The notes under the pieces were generated by a model. It saw only the letters and a list, made by a program, of their open reading frames with translations. It was not told the DNA's origin and ran no database searches. A DNA stretch of 63,821 nt, the filler included, from Octopus bimaculoides (Eukaryota), in assembly GCF_001194135.2 (NCBI RefSeq). It is 7 parts of 7 records of this genome, joined end to end, with 100 filler letters (N's around TTAATTAATTAA, not from the genome) between each part and the next. Parts side by side here need not be neighbours in the genome. Positions count along the whole stretch, not along the records: positions 1 to 20,802 come from NC_068982.1; positions 20,903 to 29,627 come from NC_068984.1; 5 more parts are not named here. One strand, given 5' to 3'. This document shows positions 11,276 to 24,236 of the stretch, one piece after another. How positions within the stretch are numbered: position 1 is the stretch's first letter; every line of letters starts with the position of its first letter. Both the position numbers and the translations under genes were made by a program.

Positions 11276-11616
11276 TAGTTAATACTATGGACTCTTATGA
11301 GTTGCATTTCGTCAGTGCTAGTCGAGCGAGTATTGTATATCCGTACATTAATTATGAGTTCACTGGATGTGTTTTCCAAGCCTTTGTTCAATTTTCAATT
11401 GTTGACTCAGTGTATGTAACGAGAAACCAAGTTATATCACCAGAAGAGATGCTTCTGCACTGTGGGGTACACTGGAATTCATTGTATAGATTTCCCATCC
11501 ACGAGGGAGCAGTGTAGGATGTACCAAAACGATTGTTGTGATAAATAAAGTTTCCAGTATATTCTATCTTCCATATTAACTGTTCCTACCATACACACAT
11601 ACACGTGTATATATAA

Positions 11617-11656
<40 letters not shown>

Positions 11657-12168
11657 GCACACACACATGCAGGCACATGCACACACACAGGAATGCACAT
11701 ATGACTCCACACGCACAACCCCATGCACACACACAACATATACATACACGCACACACATAGATACACATGCGCACACATACTTCAAACTGCCAGTCAAAG
11801 ACCTTTCTACTGACCATTCCTCAACGCACATGTGAAGAGACATACAACTATACAAAGGACCACCACTCCTGTTACCATACTGCTGAATTCTTCCTACAAC
11901 ATTAGGAGACACAAAGCCCACTCACACATACACATATAAACAACCAACACCATACAAACACCAAACACACATATACACACACAAGCTATTACACACACAC
12001 ACACACAGACTTGTGCACATGCATATACCCACACATACCTCCTTCTCTTACACTCTTAGAAAGAACTTTTTCTTCACCCATTCCCTTCCGGTCATTTCAA
12101 AATGTAACCACATGTGAATTGTTGGCAACTTTTTTCCTCCATCTTCCTTTGCTATTGGACTTTACTCT

Positions 12169-12203
12169 GTTTCTGAAGAAGAGCTTTGCTTGAAACGTAA
12201 AAC
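12169..12203 (+). ncRNA. Minimal type I hammerhead-like motif
   Basis: GTTT-CTGAAGA-AGAGCTTTGCTT-GAAA-CG-TA-AAAC: intact core, stem I GTTT/AAAC, palindromic ACGT stem III. Confidence 0.6.
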
Positions 12204-12777
12204 CACCTTTCTTTCCTTCCCTGGGAGTCTGTTAATACTTTACATGTACCATGTCCTTGTGTTGTTGTTTTTGTGTTTGTTTTTCGTTTTTTTATTTACT
12301 ATATATATATATATATATATATATACATACATATATACATGTGTGTGTGTGAAGGACCTATAATCCTAGTTCTCCGGTTTATACCAGTGTTCAATGAAAA
12401 CTAAATATATTGGTTTTGCATTGATGTATACTCTTTTACTCTTTTACTTGTTTCAGTCATTTGACTGTGGCCATGCTGGAGCACCACCTTTAGATAGGTA
12501 TTTAAAATATTTATGGATGAGAAAAGGAAGAAAATGGAAAAATGGATATGCAGACATCAGTTTATTCAAAGATATTCAAATCCATATAATGAAACTCCTG
12601 TCCTACAGTTCAATTACAGAAATAAAAATTAAATTAATTTTATTTAATTAAAATTTTCATATTGAAACTGGTTAATTGGGTATTTCATTAGGGAAGAATT
12701 TTCCCAAAAGGGAGTTACATTTCAACGTGTTGATTGATCTACGACAGACTCAGATGTGTGCATTGTTTAAAAAACTA

Positions 12778-12822
<45 letters not shown>

Positions 12823-13181
12823 AACAAATGCGTTTGATGTATTTGTGCATGTGCATATGTAATATATGATGGTTTTTATTAGTGGTGGTGTGGTAGTTAG
12901 GGCGAAATAAATGTTACAGGGAAAGAGAGAGAGAGAGATTAAAGTGAGCGAGAAAGATAGGCAGAGAGAGAGTGAGGGAGAGGGTGGTAACATTCATCAA
13001 GTAGTTGTGCATGCGTTTGTTAAAAATACTAAAGACAACAAAAATATGACGTATCAAAACTGCTAGTTAATTACTATATAATAGTGTTGCATCATCAATA
13101 TTTGTGCGTAAATCTACGGTCAATATAAATTTTGTAAACAAAAGCAAAGCCTAAACGTTACCAGATACTATTTATAGATAA

Positions 13182-13370
13182 CTAGCAGAGGCACCTGGCG
13201 TTGCTCGGGAATGAAATTGTTGCTTATATACTTGAAGAAAAAAAGGCAAAATATGCTGTATAGAAATTTGAGGACATTCTGTAGATGGACTCTCGGATGA
13301 ATGATGGCTGGGCGCCTCTCATGAATGGGGAAAATTGAAGATGTACTTGGAAACTTTTGCGAAAATTAAA
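13182..13370 (-). mobile_element. Helitron 3' end fragment
   Basis: Minus strand CCCGAGCAACGCCAGG hairpin + TGCCTCTG-CTAG|T, the same terminal motif as at 52742-52769. Confidence 0.65.
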
Positions 13371-13377
13371 ATGGGGA

Positions 13378-13631
13378 TCGTTGCCAGTGCCCCTGGACTG
13401 GCTCTTGTGCGGGTGGCACATAAAATACACCATTTCGAGCGTGGCCGTTGCCAGTACCACCTGACTGGCCTTCGTGCGGGTGACACGTAAAAGCACCCAC
13501 TACACTCTCTGAGTGGTTGGCGTTCGGAAGGGCATCCAGCTGTAGAAACGCTGCCAAATTAGATTGGAGCCTGGTGTTGCCATCTGGTTTCACCAGTCCT
13601 CAGTCAAATCGTCCAACCCATGCTAGCATGG
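13378..13631 (+). mobile_element. LINE 3' tail fragment (same family as 2279-2469)
   Basis: Near-identical to 2279-2430. Confidence 0.75.
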
Positions 13632-15821
13632 NNNNNNNNNNNNNNNNNNNNNNNNNNNNNNNNNNNNNNNNNNNNNNNNNNNNNNNNNNNNNNNNNNNNN
13701 NNNNNNNNNNNNNNNNNNNNNNNNNNNNNNNNNNNNNNNNNNNNNNNNNNNNNNNNNNNNNNNNNNNNNNNNNNNNNNNNNNNNNNNNNNNNNNNNNNNN
13801 NNNNNNNNNNNNNNNNNNNNNNNNNNNNNNNNNNNNNNNNNNNNNNNNNNNNNNNNNNNNNNNNNNNNNNNNNNNNNNNNNNNNNNNNNNNNNNNNNNNN
13901 NNNNNNNNNNNNNNNNNNNNNNNNNNNNNNNNNNNNNNNNNNNNNNNNNNNNNNNNNNNNNNNNNNNNNNNNNNNNNNNNNNNNNNNNNNNNNNNNNNNN
14001 NNNNNNNNNNNNNNNNNNNNNNNNNNNNNNNNNNNNNNNNNNNNNNNNNNNNNNNNNNNNNNNNNNNNNNNNNNNNNNNNNNNNNNNNNNNNNNNNNNNN
14101 NNNNNNNNNNNNNNNNNNNNNNNNNNNNNNNNNNNNNNNNNNNNNNNNNNNNNNNNNNNNNNNNNNNNNNNNNNNNNNNNNNNNNNNNNNNNNNNNNNNN
14201 NNNNNNNNNNNNNNNNNNNNNNNNNNNNNNNNNNNNNNNNNNNAGAAAGTGAAGCTTTTTGCGGTTGTTACGTCAATACCGGAAGTTGACATTGAGGAAA
14301 CTTTTTAAAGAAGTGAATCTTAAATATAAAGCAATATTATTTATTTTTAATTAAAAAAATCAAATGAAGAGCCTAAGATTTATCCGAGGTCAAATTATTC
14401 ATGCATTACAAGTATGGAAGCATTCGGGGAAGTCGATTTCATGTGAAAAGCGATTACACACACATCTCTGTTTTATATATAGTATAGATTTAAATTAAAA
14501 CTAAGTACACTAAAGTTGTAATTACTATTAAGATAATATGTTTTATCTCAAATTTAGTTTTATAAATTATTATAAGAATTTCAATGATATAGTTATGAGA
14601 AACGTGCTTAATTGTATTTATAGTAAAATACCAATACATTGCCACGTATAGAAGATATAACGTCCATGTACACTATTTGATTAATATACTACATTATATT
14701 ATATATATTATGCAACATCACTGGTGCCAAGCTGTATTGACCTTTGCCTTTCCCTTGGGTAACATCAGTGGTGTGGAGAGGAGAGGCTGGTATGCATGGG
14801 CGACTGCTGGCCTTCCATAAACAACCGTACCCAGATTTGTGCCTTGGAGGGTAACTTTCTAGGTGCAATTCCATGGTCATTCATTTGAATGCTTATCATG
14901 AATGATGAGTATATATTTAATGGTAGTTTCTAAGAGTCCATTTACATGCATGAATACATGAAAAATCAGTCTTTATTTTAGCATTTAAGAGACGTCTCCT
15001 AGAACATAAGATCAAAAATAATTCTTCTAAACAGAGAAAGGGAAAGGAGTTTCCAGGCTTATAAGCAGTTGCCTTGCTCATAATCTCTCACTCCACAGAA
15101 AAATTCTTTTTCTTGTTAAGTCCTAAATAAATTTACTGAGGCTGGTAGAAGACCTGTTCCTATTATTAGAGTAGTAAATATGGTTAGAGACACGTTTCTT
15201 AACAAAATTTTGCATAGCCCCTGTCTAGAAGAAACTTTTACTCTCAGATATCACCTTACATCTGTAAACAACATTCTTTGGTTTACAATAATTTTAAAGT
15301 AAACATTCACTTTTAACCCTGCAATCACAAAAAGTATTTTCATTAGTACTCGTATTATTACTCTGTACCAACTTTGTATTAAAGATTGTCTACACCTATA
15401 TATTTTTTCCTTTCCATACACTTTATTTATTGATTATATAATACTGAATATATAGTTCTTCTATATATTTTTTGCTTAGACTGAACCAGCAGACTTGGAT
15501 GTTTAACATCCCTTTGAAGGATTTTGGTTCTGACTTTTCTATAAAAATGACGGTTCTTTTTTAAACAGCGCACACATCTGAGTCAGTCGTTGGTCAACCA
15601 ACACATTGAAATGAAACTCCCTTTTGAGAAAATTCTTCCTTGATGAAACACCCAATTAACCAGTTTCAATACGAAAATTTAAATTAAATTAATTTAATTT
15701 CTGTAATTGAACTAATTGGATATAGAAACAGCGGTAGGACAGGAATTTCATTACATGAATTTGAATATCTTTGAATAAACTGACGTCTACATTTCACTTT
15801 CTCCATTTTCTTACTTTTCTC

Positions 15822-15866
<45 letters not shown>

Positions 15867-16082
15867 CTTTCATACTTATGCATGTATATTTATATATGCC
15901 TATGCATGTTCATATGTATATATGTGTGTGAATGTCTGTGTGCGGGAGTATGTTTATTCATATATTTTAGATTGATAAAATCAGTAAAATATATTATGCT
16001 TTACCTGGAAAAGGAAATAAGGGCTTGTATCAGAAAGGGCAAACATGGAAAAATGGACTAAAACAAAAGCAAAATAATGAAA

Positions 16083-16136
<54 letters not shown>

Positions 16137-16454
16137 TGTTGTTCACTTGACATTTATATAATTTGTTATGTGAACGACAATATTTTGAAAACAAAAGAGT
16201 CTGATATTTAATTTCATACATATACTCATATATGTGTATGTGAAACTGATAAACTAAATACAATTTACAATAAAAAAATTTGCAGTTTTATTTCGATTAA
16301 AATACCAGTTTCTTCAGAGCAAAACATTTGAATACAGTTCACCTGCATGCATTCAGCCTCTCTGACTGTCACTCACTTCCACTCTGTTTGTTATTTTACT
16401 CTGATTTTCCTAGCATGACTGACAAGCCACACATTGCATTTTATTATAAGTAAG

Positions 16455-16695
16455 ATATGCTTCCTAATCTAAAACAAAACATTTAAAATAAAGGAATACC
16501 GAAGAAGAGAATTTCATTTCTATTTTCATTGTTTCAACACTTGGGACACTTTTTATCTATAAATATGATAAAAACAAAAAGAAAGTTACTTTCATGAGCA
16601 TAGCCAATATATTTCATTGTTTCAAATTGCACAGTTTAAAGACACGTTAAAACTTGAAATATTTTGGGAATTGTTAAAATATTTAGTGCATGCAT
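16455..16695. repeat. Unclassified AT-rich repeat, copy 3 of 3
   Basis: Similar to 1165-1370 and 7838-8055. Confidence 0.7.
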
Positions 16696-17049
16696 AATAT
16701 GTATGTATGTATGTATGTATGTATTATGTATTATTTATTTAAAGGGCACAATACATGTATTTAAGTGCTACTAATAATTTCATATGTTCAGAAATACACA
16801 AACATATTCTTGAGGCACAAATTACATATCATAATGAACTAAAAAAAAATGAATAATAGAAGAAGCGCGAAAAAAACTTAGAAAGTAGCATTTAGAAAAT
16901 GCAGAAAGTAAACGGAAAACGAAAACACAAAAACTAAAATTTAAAAAATAAAAAGTAACAAGGTAAAAGAAATATCTGCCTTAGACCTTAAATGATAAAG
17001 CTGGAAAGATATCAAGTTAGTCAGGAATAAGCGGAATTTTCCAATTCTT

Positions 17050-18190
17050 CAAAATGTATTTATACATATGCATGCAACCACTGAAAATTTCTGACCCAGA
17101 GTTCAATAGAGAGTTAGAGATCTTAGATCTGAAGAGGATCTGCACTCTTTCAACCACAACAAAACCTACATTTATTCGATCCATTCACATAAGGTATGGA
17201 TTTCTCAATTACTTTCCATTTAGTCACATGCTTTACTTTTGTCCCTATGTCGAAGGAGACTATGTGATTGGTATAGCGATTTTTAAATTCACCTTCACAT
17301 AATCCAGTATAGGTTTTCTTATCAGTTGAATCATCATTTCGGGTTGTAGTAAATTCTGCCTCATATATGATAGATTCAATCATACATTGTTGGTCAAGAG
17401 GACAAGATCCTGGGTTGTGACAATTGCAACTGGATTTAGGCTCTTGGTATTGACCACGTGTAATGATACTCTTCATATTGGGGAAGCAGCTACATGATAA
17501 TTTCACAGAACGCCTATTAAATAGTTTCCTGTATCTGTGAGTTGCTGAAAATTGTACGTATGTTAGTTTTTATATAAAGGGAAAAGGGAGGGTGGACCAA
17601 CTAATTTTCCATGTCCTATTTTTAGGTTTCTTATTATTATTCTGATTAATACTAGAGTGGTTATGTATTACTTTATCTTTGATGCCAGTAGATCTATTAT
17701 TAATATTTTGATTATTATTAGAGAGATTATATATTAATTTATCTATGAAACCATTATTGGTAAAGGGCATTGTTATAATAGGGGACAGCTTTCTCGAAAA
17801 TTTCATTAGAAGAAGAGAAGTTACACTCTTCGTTACTAATGTTAGCTATCAGGTTTTTAAATATCACAGAATGGTGACAAGACTATTCATGCATATACGC
17901 AAGTTTCTCATTAGGCTTATAGAAAGGTTTATATGAGGAGGAGTTTAGATCTAAGGAAACATCTAAATAATCAACTATAGAGAGATTAGTAGCTACAGTA
18001 ATTTTAAGTTGCTTTCTAAATCTATCAAGGGTGTAACCATCACACCCATGGGAAATATTCAGACCATCGTCACGGTATAGGCCAACGTCATGAGATGAGT
18101 ATCTATATTTCAATGTGTTTAATATAAATAAACCCACAAGATCACAGACGTCAGCACTATCATATGACCCCATAAATACTTCAAATAGGT
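17050..18190 (-). mobile_element. Penelope-like element remnant (RT + GIY-YIG)
   Basis: ORF 17883-18173 MGSYDSADVCDLVGLFIL...GLYRDDGL; ORF 17150-17506 CNCHNPGSCPLDQQCMIESIIYEAE...YTGLCEGEFKNRYTNH. Confidence 0.92.
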
Positions 18191-18257
18191 CAATATCAGG
18201 TGGAGTATTTTTTTGTTGTTGAATTTTCTATCACGGAACAGTACATTATATCATCAT

Positions 18258-18495
18258 CATCATCATCATCATTATTATCATCGTTTAACGTCCGCTTTCC
18301 ATGCTAGCATAGGTTGGACGATTTGACTGAGGACTGGCGAACCAGATGGCTATGCCAGGCTCCAATCTGATTTGGCATAGTTTCTACAGCTGGATGCCCT
18401 TCCTAATGCTAACCACTCTGAGAGTGTAGTGGGTGCTTTTACGTGCCACCGGCATGAAAGCCAGTTAGGCGGTACTGGCAACAGCCATGCTCAAA
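18258..18495 (-). mobile_element. LINE 3' tail fragment (same family as 2279-2469)
   Basis: Reverse complement of the same tail with (ATC)n. Confidence 0.75.
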
Positions 18496-19780
18496 ATTTG
18501 TTAAAATCATGTAGGGGTTGTGCACTAGCAGCCAAGGTACCACCGGTGAAGTACCAATCATGGTCTGAGACAGATAGTCTGTGGTCCAGGGTACATATAG
18601 ACCATGCAGGACCAGTGAATGGCGCGTACTACTTGATAGCTTTACCGAATTGCCAGAGGTATGTAGAAGCAATTAACCTATCTCGAAGGCAATAATAAAG
18701 TTCCTGCACAAACCTTTTGCTCGATACGGTGTTCCAGATACCTTAATATCCAGACAATGGAACACAATTTACAAGATACGAGTTCAAGAAATTCTTCAAA
18801 GTGAATGCAATCAAGCACATATTTACCCCACCCTACCACCTGAGGTTAAATGGGCAGAACGATTCGTAGATACTTTCAAGCGAGCGCTAAAAAGAGCAAG
18901 GAATGAGTTAGAAAATGGTGAAACGCTAACTAAATTCTTAAGGATGTACAGAATAAAACCTAATCCGAATATCAGTTGCCTGCAGAGCTAATGTTCGAAA
19001 GATTAAATTGATCCTCGATAAATTGTTGCCAAAGGAAAAAATGTATAGTGAAAATGCAAAAAATTCAACTAAACATTTTGATGTCGGAGACAAAGTTAGT
19101 TTCATAGTATACAAGAATGGTAAAGAGAGTTGGCAGGATGGTGTAATGACTAAAAGAATTGGAAACATGATGTATTTAATAAAAGGCCAACGAGGGGAGC
19201 ATAAACGGCACCTAAATCAATTAAAAATCAGACATACAGAAGAAAGGAAGGAAATTCCAATGGAAGTGTTTTATGACATGTTTGATGTCCCAGCACCAAA
19301 AGAGATTGAGCCTAGGAGGAGCAGTAATAGAAAATGTAAACAAACTGAACATTTAGAAATAATTCCTAAGCAGAAAAGGTACTGAACTCCCTAGGGAAGC
19401 AAAATTTCAAAAAAGAGAGAGGTGTTGAAAAGAGAGAAAAAAATAAAAATAAAATAAATTTCGTTTCCTATGGAAGTTGAAATCTCAAAAGGGAAGATGT
19501 TGTGGCAAGTCATGACACCCCCTGCGAGAATAGACTTGACCAAACGACTATGAATAGTAGCAGTCTGAGTGAGAGACAAACAGAGTAGGCATTAATTGCA
19601 GGAAGTCGTAAGGTGTTGTTTGGTAGCTTGTCAGAATATCATTTGTTGGTTCGTGCATAGTTCGTGGAGAGATTATTGGATTGTTACATTGTTGTTCCCC
19701 TGCTTCATTAAATAATTTATTATTACTACACGGTTATCATGTAAACAAGTATCGTCATAAATAGTGGGGATACCACAATA
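18496..19780 (+). mobile_element. Gypsy/Ty3 LTR retrotransposon 3' remnant: integrase, PPT and 3' LTR
   Basis: KSCRGC...WSRVHIDHAGPVNG; degenerate GVPDTLISDNGTQF, FTPPYH, RFVDTFKRALK; C-terminal ORF 19008-19385. Purine tract AAAAGGGAAGA then LTR TGTTGTGG (19498)...CCACAATA (19780). Confidence 0.88.
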
Positions 19781-19823
19781 ATTGGCAATGGGTAACTACG
19801 TTACAATAATATGAATGTATGTA

Positions 19824-19859
<36 letters not shown>

Positions 19860-20287
19860 AATGAATGAATGAATGTATGTATGTATCTATGTATGTATGT
19901 GTGTATAGAGTATGTATATGTGCTTATTTGCTTACAAACCTGATAAATATCTTCAAAATACTTACCCTTTCAGGTCTTTTGTTCTCAACGTCATCTTTGA
20001 AGCTTAAGGTGCTTTTTGTCTATAAAATAAATAAAGTTTAATCAATTAAAATTTCTTCAAAACACCTCTCCACAACAACAACCATAAAAACCTAATTTCC
20101 ACCCCACTGAATCTCACACATACATGGAATATTTTAACTCAACAGAGATTATATAAAAGCAAGACTAACTGTAATGCATTACACTCCGACGATGGCTTAG
20201 CTGGCTGAAACTTTGTCCACTTCTTTAACTTTCTAAGACATCTCAACGCTTCTAAAAGCAAACTTTGTTTGTTTGTTTACGTTTTGT

Positions 20288-20338
<51 letters not shown>

Positions 20339-20564
20339 GTGATTTTNNNNNNNNNNNNNNNNNNNNNNNNNNNNNNNNNNNNNNNNNNNNNNNNNNNNNN
20401 NNNNNNNNNNNNNNNNNNNTATATAATACATATATAATATATACACATATATAATATATATGTATGTATATGTGTGTGTGTGTGTATGTGTGTATAAATA
20501 TGTTTATATAAATTTTCCGTGTTTTTGTTAAATTTTCCTGCTGTCATGTTTTTACGAAAATCAC

Positions 20565-20621
<57 letters not shown>

Positions 20622-21039
20622 ACAAAACGTAAACAAACAAACAAAGTTTGCTTTTAGAAGCGTTGAGATGTCTTAGAAAGTTAAAGAAGTGGACAAAGTT
20701 TCAGCCAGCTAAGCCATCGTCGGAGTGTAATGCATTACAGTTAGTCTTGCTTTTATATAATCTCTGTTGAGTTAAAATATTCCATGTATGTGTGTATATA
20801 TANNNNNNNNNNNNNNNNNNNNNNNNNNNNNNNNNNNNNNNNNNNNTTAATTAATTAANNNNNNNNNNNNNNNNNNNNNNNNNNNNNNNNNNNNNNNNNN
20901 NNTCCAGCGTCCCACTACGGAGTCACTGTTGGACGGTATGGGCTTGCTTCTCCAGGTGCCGAGTAACAAACCCACTGACTTTTCCGGGTTAATTTTTGCT
21001 CCTGTCACCGTTTCGTATTCTTTAAGTGTCTCGCCTAGC

Positions 21040-21101
<62 letters not shown>

Positions 21102-21131
21102 CATACATACATACATACATACATACATACA

Positions 21132-21162
<31 letters not shown>

Positions 21163-21591
21163 CAATTGGTTGATTGATATGCAGAGTAATATATCAATGT
21201 ACGCATCTGTTGTTGTATGTATTTGCGATTGTGCTTTTGTGATTTGCCGGTATACTTTTATACGTATATGTGTATGTACGCACGTACGTATGTATGCTTT
21301 AATGAAAGCATGTATGCCGTCAACTAATTTTTCCCCGAAGGAGGGAGCTGCTAACTATCAGAGAAACCGAAGTGCCATCACTGGAAATTGGGTAATAACA
21401 TTGATAATTGTCAAATATTGAACTTTAGGAAAGTCTTGCATATTTTTATTATGTATGTACATATATATGCCCTGTGTATATATATATGCAAGTGTATATG
21501 TATGTGTGTGTCTACGAACGTACGTACGCATGCATGTTTCATCAAATTGACAGGGCTACTATTAAACAGTGCGTCTGATAAGAGGGTGTTT

Positions 21592-21650
<59 letters not shown>

Positions 21651-22133
21651 CTTCGGAAACAAAATAATAAGAAAAAACTATGACATCCTGTCAAACTGAT
21701 GTTTAGGGATTGAAGCTGAACATATCACAGCTTTAATAGACATGTCAGTGGGGATTGAAGCAAAATATAAGGATCGTATCTCACTAAATAAAGGATCACC
21801 TGACAGACAGTTGTATGAGGAATGAAGAGATAGGGTTTCGAACAGAGAAAGATGTAGACAAGTGGAAAATTAATTTGACATGAGGAGCAAGGTTAAAGTA
21901 TAACGTGATGGGCAAGTTTTATCTGAGGTTTCATCGACTGATTGATATAGGCACAAGTGTGTGTGCGTGTAAACATACATATGTACATTTATACGTACAT
22001 ACGTACATGCAAATATGTATACGTGTGTAGAGTTTTAATGGGGGCGATTAGATGCACATCAGCTGGTAGGTTTTGTTGCCTAACACTCTGGGAATTGACG
22101 AAACATAGACGTACGTGTATGCATGTGTACTCG

Positions 22134-22193
<60 letters not shown>

Positions 22194-22769
22194 CAGACAC
22201 AGAGACACACAAACATGTACACACATACACACACATACAGATGTGTGCGTAGTTAGTTATACATACTACCTTTCGTATAAGTAAAAGACTTTGAATAAAC
22301 CCAAGACAAGATACTTAATACAGCCTCTTCACGCACACACACATTTGTTTAACTGTTAATTGAAATAAATCGACTGTAGTACATATTTGAGGGTAATTTA
22401 TAAAAGCCAGAAGTGCCTGCAGCCCAGACTGCTTACTGTATAATATAATAACAACTGACTGCAAGAGTCTCATAGAGACAAGAACTTCGTTGTTGAGAAC
22501 AAACAACCGAGTGACCTCGGGGCACCAGCAGATCGAATATGTATAACAGTAGAGATATATTCAAATATGTAAATACGTAGAACAGGAGTGGGCGAGAGGC
22601 ACAGATCGGCGCCGTAGTGGAAATAGTGGTGGCGCCTGTGGCGGTGACGGTGGTAGTACCGGTGTTGGTTGTACTGAGTACTTAGCCACTTTAATATTAA
22701 TATACATACACATCTATATCCATATAAATATGCATACATAAGTATGTAAGCGACAATTTTATCTTCATA

Positions 22770-22987
22770 CGAGGGAGTGCTGAAAAGTTCCTGACTTTGG
22801 ATAAAAGAAAATGCAGGAGGATCAGTTAATTATGATTTTATCTAACATATTCCCCTCTTAGATTCACACACTTATTGCAGAGGCCCTTCAGTTTTTTCTA
22901 AACCCTGTAAAAGAACTCGGAAGGTTGGGCCTCCAAACAGCCCTTTTACGGCATCTTTAAAGCCAGGAACTTTACTGTAACCCCTCG
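22770..22987. mobile_element. Mariner-derived MITE (~220 bp)
   Basis: TA|CGAGGGAGTGCTGAAAAGTTCCTG...CAGGAACTTTACTGTAACCCCTCG|TA; second copy at 45357-45555. Confidence 0.8.
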
Positions 22988-23404
22988 TATATAATTCGAT
23001 TATAACGTAATACGGGAATAGGACTAGAATGCTGATCTAGATCTGTGGTCCATATGGCCCTTGGGAGTCCATATAAGATTTTATTGTTAAAAATTATGCG
23101 CAATAAATTGGTTATATACTTCTACAGTAAACACAAAATAATTTAATTTCTTAAAAACAATTTCTAATAGTATTTAATTATAAAAGTATAATATGATTTT
23201 TAAACATCAAATGGCTATGAGGGTTCATTTGAGAACCACTGATCCAGACACTGAACTGGAAAAAAATTTGGTAAAGTATTTGTATCATGGCATATATATA
23301 TATATATANNNNNNNNNNNNNNNNNNNNNNNNNNNNNNNNNNNNNNNNNNNNNNNNNNNNNNNNNNNNNNNNNNNNNNNNNNNNNNNNNNNNNNNNNNNN
23401 NNNN

Positions 23405-23447
<43 letters not shown>

Positions 23448-24236
23448 ACATATATATTCACTGCGTCCCACATTGTTTATTAGGCAAATCAACCTTCTCT
23501 GAATAAATGAATGTATATTCGTTCAAAACCAGTTGCTTTCCCACTGACTGTTGGCAACACCTATCTGCGCACATTCTGTTAAAATAAATCGGATCTGCGG
23601 AGACGCCAACAAATGGCGCCCATTTTGTTATTGGGCAACATTTTCATCGTCGTCAAAACAAACAATTATTTAATTCAACAGTAAAGGTTTTTAAAAAAAT
23701 ATTATTCATAAAGGACTTAATGGTAAACATAATAATACGTTCGAATGAAAATAATCATGGGATTATGATGTCATACAGCTCCTAATTTTTGATGTATGAT
23801 CCTCCACATAAAATAACCTTCCTTACGCGCTGATCCATTGAATTTGTCAAGGTGATGATATCCTCTTGTGACAAGCTTTGAGCAGCATCTACAATAGCAT
23901 CATCCCAGAGGGCAACTTTACTTGAAAACTGCCGTCCACCTTGGTAAACGCGCCTCTTCAGGACACTCCACAGGTTCTCGATCGGGGAACAAGGTGGCCA
24001 CTCCATCAAACGACCTCCAGAGAAGTTTATTTGCTGCAGGTATTCCTTAGAATTCTTCGCTGCGTGAGATGGGGTATTATCTTGCATGAAGTCCAGCTTT
24101 CTCTTGAATGAAAATTTTTGCTTTTTGAACCACGGTCGGAAATTGTCCTTAAAAAGGTAACATATGTTTTCGATGTCGTCTAAATGCATCTGGGACTTTC
24201 CATGGCCCGATCATCATACCGCCAATAATGCCAGCC

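Noticed and set aside
20184-20222. CCGACGA...GAAACTTTGTC
   Set aside because: Core is mutated and the flanks cannot form stem I.
20118-20793. ~230-bp essentially exact inverted duplication flanking a gap
   Set aside because: Identical apart from microsatellite length and bounded by gaps; best explained as a flipped overlapping contig or second haplotype.
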